A stretch of DNA of 64,000 nt from an uncultured delta proteobacterium (GCA_963840855.1 CAWJBB010000051.1:40516-104515), one strand, 5' to 3'; numbered from the stretch's first letter, positions 1-9,481 are shown. Numbers and translations: made by a program. The notes: generated by a model from the letters alone, not told the origin.

Positions 1-7
1 GGGAGAA

Positions 8-289
8 ATGAAGGGAGAAATGATGAAATTATATGTGATGGGGCTTGGGGACGCACTTGTTGCGGCGAATGTGTATGGACCTGGTAGTCGTAGTCGCAAC
101 TTCTTCTGCCCTCCGCCTGAGCTTGCTTTAGTCGTTAATAATTACATGCAAATTCTCGATGCCCAGATTCAACGTGAGATTCAGCGTGACAAGCTGCGCA
201 GATCAGGAGTCTTGACAGATGATTTACCAATCTCACTCATATTACTCCACGGTTTAAAGGAGACTTTTCCGTGCCCAGAGAAACCGTGA
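8..289 (+). CDS. Rap1a/Tai-family immunity-like protein (probably 5'-truncated by the window edge)
   Basis: Pattern YVMGLGD...FCPP...LILLHGLKETFPC resembles the Rap1a consensus (Y..G..D, FC.P, L...FPC). Confidence 0.5.
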   Translation: MKGEMMKLYVMGLGDALVAANVYGPGSRSRNFFCPPPELALVVNNYMQILDAQIQREIQRDKLRRSGVLTDDLPISLILLHGLKETFPCPEKP

Positions 290-296
290 GAACATC

Positions 297-503
297 GTGA
301 TGAACACAGACTCAGACATAAAGTTTGTCCAACATCTCGTTGGACGTTTGGCCGCTGAAGGGTTCTTTGGGGAGCTAACCATCCGCTACCACAAAGGGCG
401 AATTACAGTCGTACGGCGAGAAGAATCCCTTCCTTTGCCGTCATTCAATGATGAGAAATTCTCACAAGGAGAGAAACAGAATGAACAACTTGGAAATTCC
501 TAA
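297..503 (+). CDS. Small hypothetical protein, DUF2292/YezD-like
   Basis: FFGELTIRYHKGRITVVRREE pattern; overlaps the start of the helicase gene. Confidence 0.5.
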   Translation: MMNTDSDIKFVQHLVGRLAAEGFFGELTIRYHKGRITVVRREESLPLPSFNDEKFSQGEKQNEQLGNS

Positions 504-1833
504 ACTCGTTACCGATGTCGTTAACGCTAAAGACTTTGCGGAGCGATTCGACAAAGACCTGCGCTATAGTTTTGCTCGCAAAAGGTGGTTTATTTGGGAC
601 GGCAAACGCTGGGCCTTGGACGACTCCGGTGAAGTCGTGCGCAAGGCGAAAGCCTTTACGTCTGAGATTCTTGCAAGGGCTGCGGCAGAGTCCAACCACG
701 AAAAACGCTTAAAGCTAATCAATCAGGCCAAGCAACTGCAAGCAGAAGGGAAATTGAGTTCAATGATAAGCTTGGCAAGGTCCGAGCTTCCGATTTCAAT
801 GGACTTGTTGGACGCAGACCCGTGGCTGTTAAACCTGAATAATGGAACCTTGAATTTGCGAACGAGCGAACTTCACGAACACAGGCGGGAAGACTACATA
901 ACAAAGTTCACGGCGATTGATTACATTGAAGGAGCAGAATGCAACAGGTGGCATCATTTCCTCAACACGGTTACAAAGAATGATTTGAGCTTAAAAAAGT
1001 ATCTGCAAAAGGTCGTTGGATACGCTCTAACCGGAGATACTTCCGAGCAAGCATTCTTTCTCATGCACGGCGAAGGCGCAAACGGAAAAAGCACGTTCAT
1101 TGAAGTCATCAAGGCTCTGCTTGGAGATGACTATGCTCGGGGTGTTCCGGCTGAAACGCTCATGGTTCAAGTTAATGATCGGATACCAAATGACTTGGCC
1201 ATGTTGAAAGGAATACGCTTCGCTTTTGCCGTTGAAACCGAACACGGCAAGCGTTTGGCAGAAGCAAGATTGAAGCATCTTACGGGCGGAGATGTTATCC
1301 CGGCTAGGTTCCTTCATGGTGAGTTTTTCGAGTACAAGCCCCAATTCAAGCTCTTTCTGGCAACGAATCATAAGCCGGAAGTTCAAGAGATGACTTTGGC
1401 TTTGTGGCGCAGAATCCGCTTGATTCCGTTCGACGTTACGATTCCACCGGAGAAGCAAGACAAGCATCTTGCGGAGCAGCTTAAGCAGGAATTTCCAGGG
1501 ATTCTGAGTTGGGCCTTGCAGGGTTGCCGTATCTGGCAAACCGAGCGGGATTTGAAAGAACCCGAACGCGTTAGGACTGCCGTGAAGAGTTACCGTGAAG
1601 AAATGGACACGATTCAGCAGTTTCTTGAGGATTGTTGCGCGCCGGAGGCAAGCGAGCAAGTGATGTTTTCAGAACTCTTTGAAGCCTATAAGGAATGGGC
1701 AAAAGTGCACGGTGAAAAGCCGATTTCCTTCAAGCTCTTTGGAAAGCGTTTGAGTGAAAAAGGCTTCAGAGCGGATAGGAACCGCGCCGGAGCCATCCGC
1801 CACGGATTGCAATTCCGCCGGTTAGCAGCATAA
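481..1833 (+). CDS. Phage/plasmid P4-family primase-helicase C-terminal protein (D5_N + SF3 helicase + winged helix)
   Basis: RBS AAGGAG before ATG 481; WFIWDGKRW, LLNLNNGTLNL, Walker A GEGANGKST, LTGGD, motif C TNHKP, ALWRRI. Confidence 0.92.
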   Translation: MNNLEIPKLVTDVVNAKDFAERFDKDLRYSFARKRWFIWDGKRWALDDSGEVVRKAKAFTSEILARAAAESNHEKRLKLINQAKQLQAEGKLSSMISLARSELPISMDLLDADPWLLNLNNGTLNLRTSELHEHRREDYITKFTAIDYIEGAECNRWHHFLNTVTKNDLSLKKYLQKVVGYALTGDTSEQAFFLMHGEGANGKSTFIEVIKALLGDDYARGVPAETLMVQVNDRIPNDLAMLKGIRFAFAVETEHGKRLAEARLKHLTGGDVIPARFLHGEFFEYKPQFKLFLATNHKPEVQEMTLALWRRIRLIPFDVTIPPEKQDKHLAEQLKQEFPGILSWALQGCRIWQTERDLKEPERVRTAVKSYREEMDTIQQFLEDCCAPEASEQVMFSELFEAYKEWAKVHGEKPISFKLFGKRLSEKGFRADRNRAGAIRHGLQFRRLAA

Positions 1834-1844
1834 ACCCGCGACGC

Positions 1845-1948
1845 TGTGAACCATGTGAATGATAGAAACCCTTTTCCGGTTTTTTCCTATATAGAAATCT
1901 CTTATAGCGAAAAACCGAGATTCAATTCTAACGTTCACAACGTTCACG
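1845..1948. promoter_or_regulatory. Putative replication origin of the element
   Basis: Convergent iteron pairs TGTGAAC/TGTGAAT (1845-1860) and AACGTTCAC x2 (1930-1947) flank an AT-rich core with the inverted repeat CGGTTTTTTCCTATA...TATAGCGAAAAACCG, directly after the helicase gene. Confidence 0.7.
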
Positions 1949-2599
1949 GACCCAAAGCAAAACCGGATTTTGAGGTTTGAGGATCGCGAGATCGCTATCC
2001 CGCGAAGGCGGACAAGCGGGCGCGCACGAGTGCCTCGTGTCCGCCAAAGGCTCGGCCAACAGCGCCAGGGGGAATTTCTCCTTCGCTCCGCGCGCTGGCC
2101 AGGCCCAAGACAACTACAGAAGGGAGAACAACGGAAGGAATATGAACATGTGAAGCAGAAGCAGCAGGTAGAAATGGAAGAGGAGAGCCAAGCGGACACC
2201 GGACGCCAAAGCGGAGGGGAAGGTGCGGCACCCGCGCAGGGCCGCGCGAAGACGCACGCAGGAGAGAAGGCCAAGAGCGCCAAAAGGCCCGGAGATGGCC
2301 GACGGAACGAAAGGCCGCTGTGCCGTAGGGAGATCCCCCAGCGAACACAACGCATAGCAAGATGCGCCAGGGGCAAACGAAGACACAGGCACAGCGGGGG
2401 AGCAAGGACAAGGGCGCGGAGGTGAGAACCGAAGTTCGAGGATGTCCGGGACTCAACCACAGGAACCAGACTGAAGGCGATTGCATCAGTGGCTTGTGAA
2501 AAGTGCCGACATGGGCGTGGTCGAACACATCGAGGGTTGATGTTACCTTGAAAACGAAGGGAACGGGACGGTGATGTAAAGCGGACCAAAGGCAATGCT

Positions 2600-2686
2600 C
2601 TGGGTGGGGTTGGGCTGGGCTGGGCGCCTATGTCAGCGCTATGTCAGCGGCCATCAAGCGGCCACTCCCAGCCCCACGCCCCCCAG
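2600..2686. repeat. 20-bp imperfect inverted repeat with a G-quadruplex-capable arm and 11-bp tandem repeats in the loop
   Basis: CTGGGTGGGGTTGGGCTGGG (2600-2619) pairs 17/20 with CCCAGCCCCACGCCCCCCAG (2667-2686); CTATGTCAGCG twice (2628-2649). Confidence 0.85.
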
Positions 2687-2728
2687 CGTCGCACATCGAC
2701 ACATAACACTAGCAAAGGAGACCTTACC

Positions 2729-2948
2729 ATGAAGAAAATCAACTTAAGGAAACGAAATAGCCGTATCGCAACGCTGGCAACATCGAAGTCCTGAAGAACT
2801 CCCTGCGTCGAGCGTTGCCGCAAAGATCGGCACCGCAAAGGCCGTTCAGGTCGCCCAGTACGATGACAAGAAATGGCTCAGTCCGAACCCGTGGACTACG
2901 AAACCGGAGCACAAGGCTTACAGGATTGATCAAAATGATGACCCATGA
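2729..2948 (+). pseudogene. Frameshifted small gene of unknown function
   Basis: Strong RBS AAAGGAG (2714-2720) and ATG 2729; stops after 21 codons, but protein-like sequence continues in other frames (NIEVLKNSLRRALPQ; IGTAKAVQVAQYDDKKWLSPNPW). Confidence 0.4.
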
Positions 2949-4075
2949 AGCGCCAGTGGGCAAGTAGGGTTGCCGTTGGTGCTGGTGAGAATCGCAGAGC
3001 TCGGAAGCGGCGGGGAACTATCCCGATGTTGCGCGGAGCTTGCCGCTGTTGGTGGTCAGATGGCCATGACGCAGAGCAAGCCGAGCTCAGCAGAGAAGGC
3101 CCAAGCGCGTGAGCTTGAAGCCAAGAAGGCCCAACTGAGGCGGAGAAAACCGCTCCCCAAGTCCGTGCCCGAGCGGAAATGACAGCATCAGAAATGACAA
3201 ACCAACCCCTCCAGAACGCACTCAAAGGTGAGAAGGCTGCCACGGAACACGTACAGCGGCTCTATGAGCAGGTGAACCCTCGCGGGTTGCACGGAGATGG
3301 CCCACGGCACGCGGACAAGCCCCGTGATGAACCGCCCTCTGCCACCCCCTGGGGCTTGAGCTACGGACACGCGAGGGGGGATGACAAGCGCAAACCGCAG
3401 CTGAGGAACGCCTGGAGCAAGGTCTATATGGCGAGAAGACGAATGTGGCCCTGGAGCCAACATGGAGCGACGGCTACGGCGAACAAGCGCCGGGAGAGAA
3501 CCACACCGTCGAGCGTACAGACCTGCGCGGACCAACCTGAGGGCCACAAGGTCGCCATACTGTGACAACCGGCGCCACAACCGAGGCACGGCACTGCACA
3601 ACAGCCAGAACACGCGGGACGCTGTAGCCAAAAGAGGCACAACATGAGCGCAAAACGCAGCCCGGGCACCGTACAGCGGAGAGAACCTCTGCGTAACCTC
3701 AAGGGGGGCGCCAATGCCGAGCGTGTGGGCGAGAACGTAACCTGAACAAAACCAAAGCGCCCGCCGCGGCCTAGGTGCTAGCGACGGCGAGGGCGATAAG
3801 GTCAAAAGGAACACACCGCCCAGCGGTCGCGTGGGCCCGAGAGCCCCCACGTGCCGCTCTAACTCTTGACGCAGACGTCCCGTCCCTGCGCAGACGTGCA
3901 GTCATACCTGCCGCTGTGCTCAAGCTTCTGCATAATCAGACGCGCCATCACCGGCGCTGTCAGCGCTAAGAGAATCACCACCGCTAGAGCTTCATACGCA
4001 TCTCCCGCGATTCGCTGGCAGACTAGCCCAACGTGATAGATCGCTAGAAGTTAACAAAAGGGGGAAGAGGAAAAT

Positions 4076-4151
<76 letters not shown>

Positions 4152-4162
4152 ACAAGCTGGTA

Positions 4163-5026
4163 TCAGTCAGCGAATGATCGCAAGTACTCGGTTACTTTAT
4201 CTTTTAGATCGGGCCTTTTCAACGCATAGGCAACCGTGGCGCGCACGAAGCCGAACTTGTCGCCGATATCGTAGCGCTCGCCGGCGAAGACGCAACCGAA
4301 CATTTTTCTCCGGCGCGCCAGCTGCGCGAGCCCATCCGTTAATTGAATCTCGCCGCCCCGTCCCGGCGGTTGCTTTTGCAGGATCTCGAAGATCTCCGGG
4401 CGCAAAACATACCGTCCAATGATTGCCATTCGCGAAGGGGCTTCGCTGGAGACGGGTTTCTCGACCGTTCGTTGGATCTCATATATTCGCGGTTCGATTT
4501 CTTTGCCCTCGATAACGCCGTATTGATGTACCTCCTCGAGGGGTACTTGCAACAAAGCGATGACCGATTCCTCTTTGCGGTTAAAAATATCCACCAGTTG
4601 CCTGACGCACGGAACTTCGCTGTCCACCAGATCATCCGCCAACATCACGGCGAAGGGTTCACTGCCCACCAGATCGCGCGCGCAAAGGACCGCATGTCCC
4701 AAACCCAACGGTCTTTTCTGACGCACCGAAACCACTTCGATCATTTCCGCGATCCGGCGCAAAGCCTTGACCATCTCGGTATTGCCGCGGTCGGTGAGAA
4801 TCTGTTCCAGCTCGGGGGCCTCGTCAAAATGGTCTTCGATGGCGTCCTTGCCCCGTCCTGTGACGAAAATAATCTCCTCGATGCCCGCGTCCACCGCTTC
4901 CTGGACGACGTATTGAATCGACGGTATATCGACGATGGGCAATAACTCTTTGGGCACGGTTTTCGTCGCAGGGAGGAAGCGGGTTCCTAACCCGGCGACC
5001 GGTATGACGGCTTTTTTGACTTTCAT
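4163..5026 (-). CDS. galU: UTP-glucose-1-phosphate uridylyltransferase
   Basis: KAVIPVAGLGTRFLPATK, VEKP, GEIQLTD. Confidence 0.97.
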   Translation of the reverse strand: MKVKKAVIPVAGLGTRFLPATKTVPKELLPIVDIPSIQYVVQEAVDAGIEEIIFVTGRGKDAIEDHFDEAPELEQILTDRGNTEMVKALRRIAEMIEVVSVRQKRPLGLGHAVLCARDLVGSEPFAVMLADDLVDSEVPCVRQLVDIFNRKEESVIALLQVPLEEVHQYGVIEGKEIEPRIYEIQRTVEKPVSSEAPSRMAIIGRYVLRPEIFEILQKQPPGRGGEIQLTDGLAQLARRRKMFGCVFAGERYDIGDKFGFVRATVAYALKRPDLKDKVTEYLRSFAD

Positions 5027-5031
5027 GGGAT

Positions 5032-5397
5032 TTAGATTGCCCGCTTGGCTTTCTTTTCTTGGACTTCTTGGCTCGATTTGCATTCGATACAGAAAGTAGT
5101 TACCGGGCGAACTTTGAGCCGTTCGATACCGATCGCTGCCCCGCACTCTTCACAGATGCCGAACTCTCCGTCGTCGAGCCGCTGCAACGCCTCTTGAATC
5201 TTGAAGATCAGCTTTCGCTCCCGGTCGCGAATGCGCAAGACGGAATTGCGGTTCGATTCCATGGTTGCGCGGTCACTGGGGTCCGGAAAGTTTTCGTCTT
5301 CGTCCATGTTCTCCACGGTTTTGCCCGCTTCGGAACGAAGCTCCTTGATCCGCTGGTTGAGGAGATTGCGAAAAAACTCGATGTCTTTTTGTTCCAT
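5032..5397 (-). CDS. dksA: RNA polymerase-binding transcription factor DksA
   Basis: FPDPSDRAT coiled-coil tip; C4 zinc finger CEEC...CIEC. Confidence 0.95.
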   Translation of the reverse strand: MEQKDIEFFRNLLNQRIKELRSEAGKTVENMDEDENFPDPSDRATMESNRNSVLRIRDRERKLIFKIQEALQRLDDGEFGICEECGAAIGIERLKVRPVTTFCIECKSSQEVQEKKAKRAI

Positions 5398-5508
5398 GGA
5401 CGGCTTGGCCTCCCGGTGTCCGAAGCCAGAGCTTAACACCAGAAGTAATTCAAGTAAATCGGCTATTCGCTAAACCTATGACTAAAAGCCGAGGAAAGAA
5501 AACGCAAC

Positions 5509-6327
5509 TCAATCGCCGAACAGCGCGCTACGCGGATGTTTGAGCACGAAGACTTCGGTGGACTTCGGCAATGCGGTGCGACTCAATGTGAGCTGCGAGC
5601 CGCCGATTTTGCGCACGGGATAATGTTCCTTGGCGAACGCGGCGAACAATTCTCCCTGGTTCACGACATCGTAGTGCATGGGAATCACGATGGGCGGTTT
5701 AACTTGCGCGATCACTTTGAGGATATCTTCGAATCCGAGGTTGGTCATGGCGTCGATGGGAATCATCATGACATCGACCCGCTGCAGCACCTTTTCCTGC
5801 TCCGGCGTTAGCAAGTGGCCGATATTGCCCAAATGTGCGATGCACAAACTTCCCATTTCATAGATAAATATGGAATTGGCGACTCCACCCCACCCCGCTC
5901 CTCTCTGGCTCGGAATGTTAACGATGGTAATGTCTTTAACGCTGGTGCGAATGGGATTCCAGGTCTGGCGAAACGTGATGCCGCGGAGAATCACCGGGTT
6001 GCCGGTGACGGCGCCGGTATTGTTGTGCGTGAAATGATCGTTGCTGACCGTGACGGCGTCGGCCTGGATGCCCGGCGTCACGTTGAAATTGGGGTCGGCG
6101 ACGACTTTGGTTTGGCTCCCGGAGTGAATTAAAAAGCTCGAATGGCCATACCATTGTATGAAGTAGTCGCCCAACGCCAGCCCCCTCCCGCCCGGGCGCG
6201 CCTGAACCAATTGCCGCCCGCGTTCGAAAAGCCGGACCAACGACGGGTTGCACACCGCCTGGGCAATCTCGCGTAGCAAGAACAGGAATCCACCGGCAAG
6301 CATGACGATAAATCCGCGCCGTTTCAT
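5509..6327 (-). CDS. Exported MBL-fold protein (Lactamase_B_3-like) with degenerate metal ligands
   Basis: WYGHSSFLI, VADP, SNDHFTHN, HLGNIG, VIPMHY; N-terminal KRRGF plus hydrophobic stretch (Tat-like). Confidence 0.8.
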   Translation of the reverse strand: MKRRGFIVMLAGGFLFLLREIAQAVCNPSLVRLFERGRQLVQARPGGRGLALGDYFIQWYGHSSFLIHSGSQTKVVADPNFNVTPGIQADAVTVSNDHFTHNNTGAVTGNPVILRGITFRQTWNPIRTSVKDITIVNIPSQRGAGWGGVANSIFIYEMGSLCIAHLGNIGHLLTPEQEKVLQRVDVMMIPIDAMTNLGFEDILKVIAQVKPPIVIPMHYDVVNQGELFAAFAKEHYPVRKIGGSQLTLSRTALPKSTEVFVLKHPRSALFGD

Positions 6328-6884
6328 CGTTCCTCCTCGATCACCAGCGCGGTGAAGCTGGAGATCATCGTCGCCGGGTCTTCCCAAGCGTTTTTTTTCA
6401 AGCCGGCCTTGCGGCAGACTTGCTCAAGAAAAGTTTGCATGTCCCAGCCATGTTGCACCGCCACCTGCGGCAAGAGCACACCCCGGCGGCCCCTGGACGT
6501 GATGTAGAGCCCATGCCTGCCCACTTGGAGCGCCAGGGGATTTTCGGCGCGCTCAAGCGGCGATAGAATGGAAATATCGATCTTTATCGCCGCAAGCTCC
6601 GCCGCGCGCACCGGCTCCATGCGGTGATCGCGCGAAGCCGCAGCCTCGGTCATCTCGATAACAGTCTCATACAAACAACGATCCGGGGTACAACTGCCGA
6701 TGCAGCCGCGCAACTCGTTAATTGCGTGGAGACTCACGAAAGCGCCGTAGCGGTCCGCTCTGAGATAAGGGTCGCTTATCTCTTCGGAGCGCCGGCCGAC
6801 GCCACGCACGAAGTCTTCAAGCGTCCGGCGCGACAGTTGGAGAAGCCGGCGTTGCGACTCGGGAGGAATAGCAATCTCGCTCAT
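6324..6884 (-). CDS. amrA: AMMECR1-domain protein (AmmeMemoRadiSam system protein A)
   Basis: GAFVSL...LRGCIG, GRHGL, GVLLPQVA, CRKAG. Confidence 0.93.
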   Translation of the reverse strand: MSEIAIPPESQRRLLQLSRRTLEDFVRGVGRRSEEISDPYLRADRYGAFVSLHAINELRGCIGSCTPDRCLYETVIEMTEAAASRDHRMEPVRAAELAAIKIDISILSPLERAENPLALQVGRHGLYITSRGRRGVLLPQVAVQHGWDMQTFLEQVCRKAGLKKNAWEDPATMISSFTALVIEEER

Positions 6885-7083
6885 GGCTTTCCCGTTACAT
6901 CGGCCGGCACTATACCGCCACCAAGACGCTGATGGCAAGATAGGGCGCAGCCTGGCGATTCGGAACGTACCCACCCAATTTCAACGAGGGACCCACCTGA
7001 TTTCACGGAGGGACCCACCCTTTCAGGTGGTACTTCGTTTTCTGAGCTAGCGAGACGAGCTATTGGCATGGAGGAGGTAGTTG

Positions 7084-8552
7084 ATGGCAGAGAGGAGCGT
7101 TCGTTGCAGCGCATCATTCTGTCGACAGGGCTTCCATTCGCAGCTCGCCGGATACTGAGGCTTTCGCGCCGAACCGTGCGCAAGTTCTTGGAACCAGCCC
7201 AAACGACTTGAGATCGGCGGCTGGATGGAGACGCTTGACTGGGAGTATGTCGCAGGAGTCTATGGCAGGGACCACGGTCAAGCAGATCAGAGGGAGTGGC
7301 CGATATCGCGTCGTAGTTTTGGCGTTTCGGGAGAAGGTCAGTGCGCAGGCCTCACCCGATCAGTGACGTCGGCTCGATCATAAGCCCGCGGAAAAAACCC
7401 AGATCGATTTCTGTGACGGTCTGTTTCTCACCGACCGGTCACGGCCATAAACTCTCACACAGTTTTTCTTAGGCGTGTTGCCGTTCAGCTCGTATTTCTT
7501 CGGCGAGTTCGTTCTAGATCAAAAGCTTGCCACGTTTATCGGGGTCCAGAGCCGCATGTTCGCCTACTTTGGTGGGATCACCCCCTACGTGGTCGTGGAC
7601 AATCTCAAAAGCGGTGTCCACAAGGCCGATCTGTACGACCCCGATGTCAATGCCACCTACTGTGACTTTGCCAATCACATGGGCTTTGCTGTTCTGCCGG
7701 CCAGGCCCCGAAAGCCCCGCGACAAGGGCTCGGGAGAAAGCCACATCGGAGTGGTCCAAAGGAGTTTTTTCCAGGAGGTCCGTAACCGCGTCTTTTATTC
7801 GCTCCCCGAGCTCAATCAAACGCTGCGGGACTATCTACAGCGGCTCAACTACGAAGTGATGAAAGACTATGGGGTGAGCCGCTCCCAGCGCTTCGCTGAA
7901 GAGAAAAAGCAGTTAAAAGCCCTGCCGGCTTCGCCTTCGAGCTCAGCGAGTGGCGGCAAGCTAAAGTCCATCCCGACTGCCATGTCCAGGTGGAAAAAAA
8001 CTTCTACTCGGTCCCCTTTGTTTACGTCGGCCAAATAGTCCGGGTCAGACTCACGGAGAAAATCGTCGAACTCTTCAGCGAGGACAGCCAATGCCTTACC
8101 GCGCACCCAAGACTTAGGGGCATCGGACAGTTCTCCACCTATGATTTCCATTATCCAGAAAAAAAGCTTAGCGTAGCGCGCTTCGAAATCCGTCACGCCC
8201 AACAGCAAGCCAAACAGGTCGGCCCCCATGTCGAGAAGTTGGTCGACCAGCTGCTCTCGGGCCACCATCCGCTGCGCCATCTACGGCGGGTCCAAGGGAT
8301 CTTGCGGCTTTCAAAACGCTATCCCGTCACCCCTCAAGCTCTGGACCACGCCTGCCAGCGCGCCTGAGCTTCAACAAAACACGGCTCGCCTACATCAAAG
8401 ACTGCGCCCTTTACTTTGTCGCCCACGGTCAAAGACCGACGCTGCTTACCCCAAAGAGAAAGCCCGATACCGTTCATCTGCACCAATACGGCGCCGATTC
8501 GGACTCGGATCCAGAACCGTCCTTGCCTTCGGTGGAGGAGGAAATCCTATGA
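7084..8552 (+). pseudogene. istA: IS21 transposase IstA, multiple frameshifts (5' part heavily degraded)
   Basis: RBS GGAGGAGG and ATG 7084; QIDF, VVDNLKSGV, PARPRKPRDKG, NFYSVP motifs spread over several frames. Confidence 0.88.
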
Positions 8553-8711
8553 GCACGAGCTTAAAATCCAGCCGCAAAGCCATTTTTAATCATCCAGACA
8601 AGCAAGCGGGAAAAAACGGCCTCCGTATAAGCCCTATAAACGACGATCTCGGCTCGGTTGATACCTGGGGTTCCCCCAAAAACAGCCCTTTCACCAAGAG
8701 GTCGCACCACC

Positions 8712-9481
8712 ATGATGCTTGATCAAGTCAGAGCCCTCTCGCACCAGATGCGCCTGTTCGGCATCCATGAAGCCTGCGAACGACAAGCCCAGATCGCTTT
8801 GTCCCAGCAGTTCCATCCCCTGGAGTTCCTCCGACTCCTGCTCGAAGATGAACTGTTGTCGCGCAAAGACCGTACCGCTAAGGCGCTCATGACCAAGGCC
8901 CGCTTTCGGTTCCGCGCCGATCTGGAAGACTTAGATTTAGCGTTCCACAAGGATCTGACCAAGGCTAAGATCAAGAGCTCTGTGAATTAAACTTCCTTCA
9001 TAACCAGGAGAATCTTTTGATCCTTGGAAAAACCGGCCTGGGTAAAACTCATCTCGCCATTGCCTTGGGTAAACGGCTGTGCCAGGAAGGCCATCCCACT
9101 CAGTTCTTGCCAGTCAACTTCCTGTTCGAGGAAATCCAGGCCGCCAGGGCCGCCGGCCGTTACCTCAACTACATCCGTAGTCTCATCAAGGCCAAGGTTT
9201 TAATCCTCGATGACTTAGGGCTAAGAAACTACACCCACGAGGAGGCCACTTCCCTGATGGACATCCTCGAAGAGCGTTACCGCAAGGCTCCCCTCATTGT
9301 CACCTCCCAGGTCGAGCCCCAGGGGTGGATAAAACTGTTTGAAGATCCGGTGATCGCCGAAGCCATTGTGGATCGGCTGATTCATCCATCTCAGAAAATC
9401 ACTCTGAAAGGAGAGAAATCCTATAGAGAAAAACTTGCAGAGAAAAAATCGGGATTGAAAAACCAGGGAGGCTCAGTGTAA
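8712..9481 (+). pseudogene. istB: IS21 helper ATPase IstB, frameshift near 8975
   Basis: GKTGLGKTHLA Walker A, LILDDLG Walker B, IVTSQ, AEAIVDRL. Confidence 0.9.

Larger units (their letters stand above)
1..4075. mobile_element. Right part of an integrated P4/PICI-like satellite or integrative element inserted at the tRNA-Ala 3' end (left end outside window)
   Basis: P4-family helicase plus iteron origin, lower-GC genes at 1-1950, ends flush with the CCA end of a tRNA; no intact integrase in the window. Confidence 0.7.

Noticed and set aside
1970-2425. 151-aa plus-strand ORF
   Set aside because: Stop codons need T, so a long open frame is expected by chance in T-depleted DNA; no RBS or motif
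2420-2600. Group II intron 5' end (GTGCCGACATGGGCG resembles GTGCGCCCGGCATGGG)
   Set aside because: No exact GTGYG start, no domain V or RT gene found downstream
3860-4010. Degraded tyrosine-integrase C-terminus (LRR..., KLLH, YAHL-like pieces)
   Set aside because: Fragments are too short and out of frame to support a call
8960-9020. Programmed frameshift in istB
   Set aside because: No slippery heptamer at the break; indel errors are common in this window
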